Assembly (NCBI GenBank): GCA_045862955.1
Contig: BTVI01000060.1
Coordinates: 1 to 15,521 of the forward strand
From: Fimbriimonadales bacterium
GTDB taxonomy: Bacteria; Armatimonadota; Fimbriimonadia; Fimbriimonadales; JABRVX01
DNA length: 15,521 bases
Reading direction: 5' to 3'
Shown here: positions 8,085-13,746 of the stretch, piece after piece
How positions within the stretch are numbered: the first letter of the stretch is position 1
How the letters are laid out: every line of letters begins with the position of its first letter
The notes under the pieces: model-generated
The model's database searches: none
Told to the model about the DNA's origin: nothing
What the model saw: only the letters and a program-made list of their open reading frames with translations
Position numbers and translations under genes: made by a program

Positions 8085-8990
8085 TCACCCCCTCGGGTGG
8101 CAGCGACGGTGAATCTCGCGCAACCGCTCGTTGGTCACGTGCGTGTATATCTGCGTGGTAGATATGTCTGCGTGACCCAGAAGCTCCTGCACCACACGCA
8201 GGTCGGCCCCGCCAGAGAGCAGGTGTACGGCGAACGAGTGACGCATGGAGTGCGGGCCAAGCCGCTTGGTGATACCCGCAGCATGGGCATGCTCGCGCAG
8301 CAAACGCCATAGCCCCGAACGACTCAGCGGTGCCCCGCGCGTGTTGAGAAACAGCGCCGCAGTCGGGCGCTTGCCGACGAGCGCGGGCCGTCCGTCCTCG
8401 AGGTAGCGCTGCAGCCACGCTTCGGCTGCACGACCGTAGGGCACGATACGCTCCTTGCCTCTCTTGCCGGTGACACGTATGAGCGGCTCCGGCTGCGTCA
8501 CGTCCTCGACAGTTAGTCCTAACAACTCGCTGACCCGTAGACCCGTCGCGAATAGCAGCTCCAGCATGCAGCGGTCCCGCAATCCGAGGGGCGTAGTGGT
8601 GTCCGGCTGAGCTAACAACGAGTGGATCTCTGCAAGCGAAAGGTATGACGGAAGCCGACGATGCAAGCGACGCCCACTCTCGGTCTTCATGGGGGGCTCC
8701 TCCAAGTCGCCGTGCCGATACAAGAAACGCAGAAACGCTCGCACCGCACACACCTTCCTTGCGATGGAAGTTTCCCCCAGCCCTTCCTTGCGCAGAGCAT
8801 GCGAGAAGCTCTCGATCGTCGCGGCATGGTGCAACCGCTCGAATCGAATCTGCGCGGAGCGACACAGTGCCAGAAAACGCTGTGTGTCTCGCGCATAGGC
8901 CGCTACCGTGTTGGGACTCGCTCGGCGCTCGCGCTCTAGGTGCAGCAGGAACCGATCCCGCAGCGCTTCTAAGGTGTCTTCCGCTTCCAT
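8085..8990 (-). CDS. xerD: Tyrosine recombinase XerD-like, 301 aa
   Basis: SPNTVAAYARD N-terminal domain, ELLFATGLRVSEL, GKRGKERIVP, PHSMRHSFA, GADLRVVQELLGHADISTTQIYTHV, terminal HPRG. The R-K-H-R-H-Y catalytic set is complete. Confidence 0.88.
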   Translation of the reverse strand: MEAEDTLEALRDRFLLHLERERRASPNTVAAYARDTQRFLALCRSAQIRFERLHHAATIESFSHALRKEGLGETSIARKVCAVRAFLRFLYRHGDLEEPPMKTESGRRLHRRLPSYLSLAEIHSLLAQPDTTTPLGLRDRCMLELLFATGLRVSELLGLTVEDVTQPEPLIRVTGKRGKERIVPYGRAAEAWLQRYLEDGRPALVGKRPTAALFLNTRGAPLSRSGLWRLLREHAHAAGITKRLGPHSMRHSFAVHLLSGGADLRVVQELLGHADISTTQIYTHVTNERLREIHRRCHPRG

Positions 8991-10594
8991 ATCACGATGT
9001 GCGGTGAGATGTATTGCATGTCATGAGACATCTGCCCACGATATCCCAGGCTCTTGACCACCTCGTAGCGCTCCTTCAGCAGCGCCGTGGTGTCCACGAA
9101 CCCCGGCAGCCGCACCCGCTCGGCGTCCACGTACTCGAAGGAGGAATAGACCACGTACTCGGGGTGCAGTGCAGTGATCAACCTGGGGTCCCACTCGGTC
9201 AGTGTGCCCCCTTCACCCAGGTAGTAGAGTAGCCGGTACTCCGTTACCTCCTCCATGCGCTGCAGGCGATACCTCGCACCCGCTTCCCCGAATCCTGCCC
9301 CCGTCTCAGGGAAAAGCGGCGGGGTGTAGTACCACGGGGGAGTGGGGAACCCGATCGATGCTCCCTTGGCGTTCGTTGCAAGCCACCTCGCCGCTGCATC
9401 CCTCGGGTCCTCACGCAACATCAGTTCCGTCACTACGGCGGCGTTGTTGCCGAAAGTGGCACCAAAGACTAACACGGCGGCGGCTACCGCGGCAGGGCGA
9501 CTTGCTAGCAGGCTCTCCCGCATGCCTGCTGCTACGGCGCACCCGGCTAGGACGCACAGTGGTGGACCGAGCGGCAAGACGTACCGCAAGAACTTGACTT
9601 CGACCGACCCGATGAGTACGTAGTAGGGAACAGCGAAGGCGAGCAACACCCACACCGCGGTTCGCTTCTGTCTGATTGCCAAGACCAGCCCTACCAACGC
9701 CATAGCTGGCACCACTAGCCCGAACGCCTCGACCATGTTGCCGAGATGATACACCCATCCCGGCGCCGTGGAAGCGAACACGAGTCCATGGCCTTCCTTC
9801 ACGTGCCGCATCTCGAACAATACGTCGCGCAGGAACTGCTCGGATGCGAGAATCGCGCCCGGCGTGGTCACCAGGAATGCAACCACGCAGCTGATCAACC
9901 CCAGCACGGCGTACATCGCTTTGCGCTGGCCCGGCATGGAGCGCAGCATCAGCGCAAGTAGTGGGCACAGGAGCACGAGCACCATGTTGTACTTCACGGC
10001 TGCCGCCAAACCAGCCATAGCACAGCCCCACAACGCAAAGCGGACCGCCCGTCGGAGCTCTTCTTCCTGGAGCCCTTTCACTGCTAACAGCATGGCGCAT
10101 GCGACGAAGAACGTGGCAGGCACGTCCACCGTATGAAACCGAGAGTGCACCACGTGTCCGGGTGCCACCAGGAGCAGCAGTGCCGCCGTGATGCCCGCCG
10201 CCGGCCGCCACACCCGAGCTCCGATAAGGTAACACAGCGACACCGTGGCAGCACCCATGCCCGCCGATACCACACGACATCCGAGCTGTATCACGGCCAC
10301 CGAACCCTCCGGAGCGAGCCCCCATCCGGTTAGAAAAACCGACACGAGGTGCATCACGTACAACCATAGGGAGCCATAGTTGTAGAAGCCGGGGTTCCAC
10401 ACACCGTGTGGTAGGTCCAGGCTACCCACCGCGTACACGAGTAGCAGGTACTCGTCAGGGTGGTAAGACTGATGGTGCAGCTCGTTCGGTAGGCCCCATC
10501 CGATACCTAGCAGCCGCAGTAAGAAGGCGAGGACTCCGGCCGCAATCGGGATCAGCCACTGCGGCACCCGCCTGCGCTCAGTATCGGCCGGCAT
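8969..10594 (-). CDS. GT-C fold membrane glycosyltransferase (ArnT/PMT, family 39/83-like), 541 aa
   Basis: First TM followed by WGLP...SYHPDE acidic loop, many hydrophobic segments, HSRFHTVDVP, GLAAAVKY, RYVLP, and a soluble C-terminal domain. Overlaps xerD by 22 nt and the upstream gene by 17 nt. Confidence 0.85.
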   Translation of the reverse strand: MPADTERRRVPQWLIPIAAGVLAFLLRLLGIGWGLPNELHHQSYHPDEYLLLVYAVGSLDLPHGVWNPGFYNYGSLWLYVMHLVSVFLTGWGLAPEGSVAVIQLGCRVVSAGMGAATVSLCYLIGARVWRPAAGITAALLLLVAPGHVVHSRFHTVDVPATFFVACAMLLAVKGLQEEELRRAVRFALWGCAMAGLAAAVKYNMVLVLLCPLLALMLRSMPGQRKAMYAVLGLISCVVAFLVTTPGAILASEQFLRDVLFEMRHVKEGHGLVFASTAPGWVYHLGNMVEAFGLVVPAMALVGLVLAIRQKRTAVWVLLAFAVPYYVLIGSVEVKFLRYVLPLGPPLCVLAGCAVAAGMRESLLASRPAAVAAAVLVFGATFGNNAAVVTELMLREDPRDAAARWLATNAKGASIGFPTPPWYYTPPLFPETGAGFGEAGARYRLQRMEEVTEYRLLYYLGEGGTLTEWDPRLITALHPEYVVYSSFEYVDAERVRLPGFVDTTALLKERYEVVKSLGYRGQMSHDMQYISPHIVIWKRKTP

Positions 10595-11264
10595 GCGTCC
10601 CCGTCCGCACTGGCTCCTCTTCCAGGCCGAACGGCCCCTCCAGTTCCAAGAGCAGGTCTACCACCATCGGATCGAACTGCGTCCCGCGTCGCTCGGCAAG
10701 TCGCTCGATCGCGCGCTCTTGGCCATACTGCGCTGCAGTCTCCCCGAACTCGGCGGCCGCAGCCAGTATCCTGGCCTCGATGGGTATCGCGATCGCCTTG
10801 GGTAGGTGCGGCCCTTTGCTCCCATCCCACCACGCATCGAGGTCTCGCACCAGAGTTGACACTGAGCGCAGCGATGGGATCAGCGCTACCATTCCGGCCC
10901 CGCGTTCCGTGTGCGTGTCATAGGTGGCTTGCTCCGCAGGTGTCCGCTCTTCGGGGGGCGTGTTGATGATGGAGTAGGGGATCGCGGTGAGGCCCAGATC
11001 GCGAAGGTACGCTGCCATCTCGAGACGTATCAGCTTGCGACGTGACAACTTCAGACGGTGGCCGATCGCTAGTGCCAACGCCGCGATATCCTCGGATCGT
11101 CCCAGTCGGTGGTTGGCGCGACACTCTACTGCGTGCGACACAGCGCGAAGACTGTCTCGCAGCCGGCGTCTGGCCTCCCGCGGAAGGCTCCAAAAAGCAC
11201 TGTAACACAGCCAGCCCGTCACCAAGATGGAGATGATTAGGCTGAGATATACTGGCCAGGTCAT
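10578..11264 (-). CDS. One-TM HD-GYP-like protein with degenerate active site, about 228 aa
   Basis: ATG at 11264 overlaps the upstream stop (ATGA), with GAGGGGG upstream. N-terminal TM WPVYLSLIISILVTGWLCY. The HD-GYP scaffold is retained (IPIEARILA, GTQFDP), but HD is RD, HHE is DLD, GYP is KGP and the final D is A. Confidence 0.8.
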   Translation of the reverse strand: MTWPVYLSLIISILVTGWLCYSAFWSLPREARRRLRDSLRAVSHAVECRANHRLGRSEDIAALALAIGHRLKLSRRKLIRLEMAAYLRDLGLTAIPYSIINTPPEERTPAEQATYDTHTERGAGMVALIPSLRSVSTLVRDLDAWWDGSKGPHLPKAIAIPIEARILAAAAEFGETAAQYGQERAIERLAERRGTQFDPMVVDLLLELEGPFGLEEEPVRTGTHAGRY

Positions 11265-12544
11265 GCCGCCCCCTCTTCTGCTAGCGTGGCAGCGAACTCC
11301 TCCACCACGCGCGCATCGAACTGGGTGCCAGCGCACCGGCGCAGCTCCTCCAGGGCTTCCTGGGGCGTCAAGGACTTACGATACGGTCGCTGCTCTCCTG
11401 GTCTATCACCTCCTACCATCGCATCGTAGGCATCCACGACGGCGATGATCTTCGCTTGAATGGGGATCTCGGCATCGTGCAACCCGCTCGGATAGCCTTT
11501 TCCGTCCGGACGCTCGTGATGGGCACGTATCCACGGCACGATCGGCTCTAGTAACTGGATTCGAGCGAGGATTTCGGCACCGACTTCGGTATGCTTGCGT
11601 ACCGCCTGCCACTGCTCCTCGTTCAGAGGTCCGGGGAAGTTCAGGATCGCCTCATCCACCGCGATCTTGCCCACGTCGTGCAGTAGGGCAGCGTCTTGCA
11701 TCAGGTCCACGTCGCTCGCCGGCAGGCCCAATCGTTCCGCAGTCCTCACCGCTCGGTGCGCTACGCGATCTAGGTGCCCGCCGGTGTAAGGGTGGGCTCT
11801 CTGAATCATCAGGCCGAGCGCACGAATGGTTTCCCGATAATCGCGCTCGTAGCGAGCGCGCAGCTGGAAGCACTGCCAAGCCGCCCACATGGGTAGCAAG
11901 AACAGAGCTGACACCCAGACGCGCTGTGTGGCTGCAAGGTGCATTACCAGAATGGCTAACAGCGCATAGAGCAAGTACTGGTAGCCAATCACTCGCCGCT
12001 TCTCGTCCAGCTTCGCCGTCACGCTCGAGCCCGACAGCGCGGCTTCCATCGAGGCGACGATGAGCGAGTTGAGAACGATGTAGACTAGGGTGGCGACCAG
12101 AGCCGCCACGACGAGCGCGAGCCCGTTGGAGAGCAGGGATCGGGTCGAGACCGCAGCCAATCCCGCCGCGCATGCACACATGGCGGCCTGCGAGCAGTTG
12201 AAAAGCAGCCACATCCAGCGCCGGCGTGACCGCGACCGCACAGTTCGAGTTGCGCCTGCCGCGACCGTACCGAGCACGTCCATCAGACCGGCAACCGCTG
12301 GACCGTAGAGAACCGCCACCGCCGCCACCACGGGCAGCGACACGCTCACCTGCACGCCGCGCTCGCCGATGGGGATCGTCAGCCACTCGGACAGCACGAA
12401 CATCGTGGCGAACACGATCAACGGTCCCCATTCGATGCTTTGCGGGGGTGACAGGACCCAGCTCGTCGTGAACAACACCGCGCCGAGCAGGCCGGAAGTC
12501 CAGATGAGACGTTGTAAGGCGGCCGAGAGGCTTCCCGATGACAA
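11261..12544 (-). CDS. Membrane-sensor HD-GYP phosphodiesterase (putative c-di-GMP PDE), 427 aa
   Basis: About 225 aa of hydrophobic N-terminus (roughly 6-7 TM by eye), then HPYTGGH, LLHDVGKI, HHERPDGKGYP, IIAVVDAYDAM, RPYR, GTQFD. TTG start with GGAG 7 nt upstream. Confidence 0.9.
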   Translation of the reverse strand: MSSGSLSAALQRLIWTSGLLGAVLFTTSWVLSPPQSIEWGPLIVFATMFVLSEWLTIPIGERGVQVSVSLPVVAAVAVLYGPAVAGLMDVLGTVAAGATRTVRSRSRRRWMWLLFNCSQAAMCACAAGLAAVSTRSLLSNGLALVVAALVATLVYIVLNSLIVASMEAALSGSSVTAKLDEKRRVIGYQYLLYALLAILVMHLAATQRVWVSALFLLPMWAAWQCFQLRARYERDYRETIRALGLMIQRAHPYTGGHLDRVAHRAVRTAERLGLPASDVDLMQDAALLHDVGKIAVDEAILNFPGPLNEEQWQAVRKHTEVGAEILARIQLLEPIVPWIRAHHERPDGKGYPSGLHDAEIPIQAKIIAVVDAYDAMVGGDRPGEQRPYRKSLTPQEALEELRRCAGTQFDARVVEEFAATLAEEGAA

Positions 12545-12595
12545 TGCAGGGCTCCGAACTCCCCTAGTTGGGCATTCGCGGGGGAGGGCGCAGGG

Positions 12596-12612
12596 GGCAG
12601 GTGGCTCCTGCC
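12596..12612 (-). other. Stem-loop immediately after the small peptide ORF (no U-tract)
   Basis: GGCAGG-AGCCA-CCTGCC on the minus strand, a 6-bp stem starting 1 nt after the TAG stop. Confidence 0.45.
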
Positions 12613-12613
12613 T

Positions 12614-12739
12614 CTACCGTTGTCCACCCATTACGGGCGGAGCGGACACGTCGAGGTCGTCCGGGGGATAGATGGTGAACTTAGCCCCCAACAGGGCCGA
12701 CAGCGCCGCGAGCAGCGCTAGGATCTGAGCCCAGAACAT
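12614..12739 (-). CDS. Small 41-aa peptide, putative secreted/signalling precursor: MFWAQILALLAALSALLGAKFTIYPPDDLDVSAPPVMGGQR
   Basis: Translated by hand; not listed in the ORF track. ATG at 12739 with GAAGGGGG 8 nt upstream, TAG at 12614-12616, GC-rich third positions, co-oriented with both neighbours, hydrophobic residues 2-17. Confidence 0.72.
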   Translation of the reverse strand: MFWAQILALLAALSALLGAKFTIYPPDDLDVSAPPVMGGQR

Positions 12740-12840
12740 AAGCGGTACCCCCTTCGAATTGGGTTAGTGAGGTCTCCGCTCTGTTTCCGCTTCGCTTCGC
12801 GCCCGTCGCCCCGCGAATTCGATTACCGGGATCTCAATTG

Positions 12841-13551
12841 TCAAATCGTGACCCGCTCGGGAGGCTCCGCCTCCACGGCTTCGTCCGCTTCCTCGCTCGC
12901 TTCCGTGGGAAGCCGCTCGAGCCGCCGGTTCAGCGCATCCAGTGTAGCATGTACGACGGCTCGATGAACATCGCCGTCTTGAACTAACGCCGATCCTGTG
13001 AGAACTTCCTCCGGCCCGCAACTCACCAAACTCAGTGCGACAACCGCCACCTGCCGCCCGCCCAACGTCACGTTCGTCGTCAAGTCTTGAAGCGCGAAGC
13101 GGTCTGGCAAGCCGCAGGCGCGCTCCACCACGTCAATCGTCGCCTCGCTGAGGATGCGCAACAGGTTGAAACTGGAACGCTGTCCCTCGGCCGTACCGGT
13201 AAACATCCTCCCGTGCCGCTCCACTTGAACCGCTGCGCGCGCCCGGCGGCCCTCCTGCCAGTGACTCACCTCCACCAGCTTCAGCCTGCCGCGCAGATAC
13301 GAGCGTTCTTCTACCTGGGCGACGCTGATGGTCTTGTGGTCGACCTGAAGCCCGAACCTAGCCTGGAGGGCGGACTCGATGTCCCTCACCACTTGCTTGG
13401 GCGTACGGTCGCCTTCCGTTAGGGCGTGAATCTCGCGCACGCCGTTTTTCGCGTCCACGATGACCCGCGCCGACACCACGCTCCTCAGCTGAGCGAGGGC
13501 CTGCTCTAGTTGTGAAGCGGTCCAGACAGTCGCCATCTGTCTCTCATTCAC
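12841..13551 (-). CDS. Hypothetical protein with a C-terminal LeuA (isopropylmalate synthase) regulatory-domain-like region, about 236 aa
   Basis: AAVQVERHGRMFTGTAEG and LTGSALVQDGDVHRAVVHATLDALNR resemble the two halves of the LeuA allosteric domain (by eye). The N-terminal domain is EIHALTEGDRTPKQVVRDIESAL. Start is uncertain: GTG 13551 (GAGG 6 nt upstream) or ATG 13536; ATG 13575 falls inside the predicted -10 box. Confidence 0.75.
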   Translation of the reverse strand: MNERQMATVWTASQLEQALAQLRSVVSARVIVDAKNGVREIHALTEGDRTPKQVVRDIESALQARFGLQVDHKTISVAQVEERSYLRGRLKLVEVSHWQEGRRARAAVQVERHGRMFTGTAEGQRSSFNLLRILSEATIDVVERACGLPDRFALQDLTTNVTLGGRQVAVVALSLVSCGPEEVLTGSALVQDGDVHRAVVHATLDALNRRLERLPTEASEEADEAVEAEPPERVTI

Positions 13552-13573
13552 CCGCATCCTCAACAGTAAACAC

Positions 13574-13602
13574 ATACTATCACATTCGAGCGTTCACCGC
13601 AA
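13574..13602 (-). promoter_or_regulatory. Putative sigma70 promoter TTGCGG-N17-TAGTAT with extended -10 TGn
   Basis: On the minus strand: -35 at 13602-13597, 17-nt spacer ending in TGA, -10 at 13579-13574. It lies in a locally AT-rich patch heading the minus-strand gene block. Confidence 0.55.
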
Positions 13603-13686
13603 GATTGCCAGTGAAAGTTTGCTGCGATTCGATAAGTTCTGTCGCCTATGGTCGAGCGGGACTCTCCTCCAACGCGGCTCAGCCCG

Positions 13687-13710
13687 GGTTCCCGCCTTCG
13701 CGGGAATGTC
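13687..13710 (-). repeat. Single copy of a third palindromic element, GACATTCCCGCGAAGGCGGGAACC
   Basis: 7-bp stem TTCCCGC/GCGGGAA (13689-13706). It resembles the widespread GTCATTCCCGCGAAGGCGGGAATCC REP-type motif. Only one copy in the window. Confidence 0.6.
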
Positions 13711-13746
13711 ACCACGGATACAGGAGTCTCTTGGTAACTGTCTCGT

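Noticed and set aside
8085..8990. Prophage or integrative-element integrase
   Set aside because: Length and motifs fit housekeeping XerD. There is no arm-binding extension, no adjacent tRNA, no phage genes, and I saw no dif-like site.
12740..12844. c-di-GMP riboswitch or internal promoter upstream of the peptide ORF
   Set aside because: No GEMM-I or class II consensus is recognisable. A perfect TTGACA (minus strand, 12844-12839) lacks a convincing -10 at 16-18 nt, so it was not called.
13552..13575. ATG 13575 as the start of the 244-aa ORF
   Set aside because: It overlaps the predicted -10 box and has no RBS; GTG 13551 or ATG 13536 fit better.
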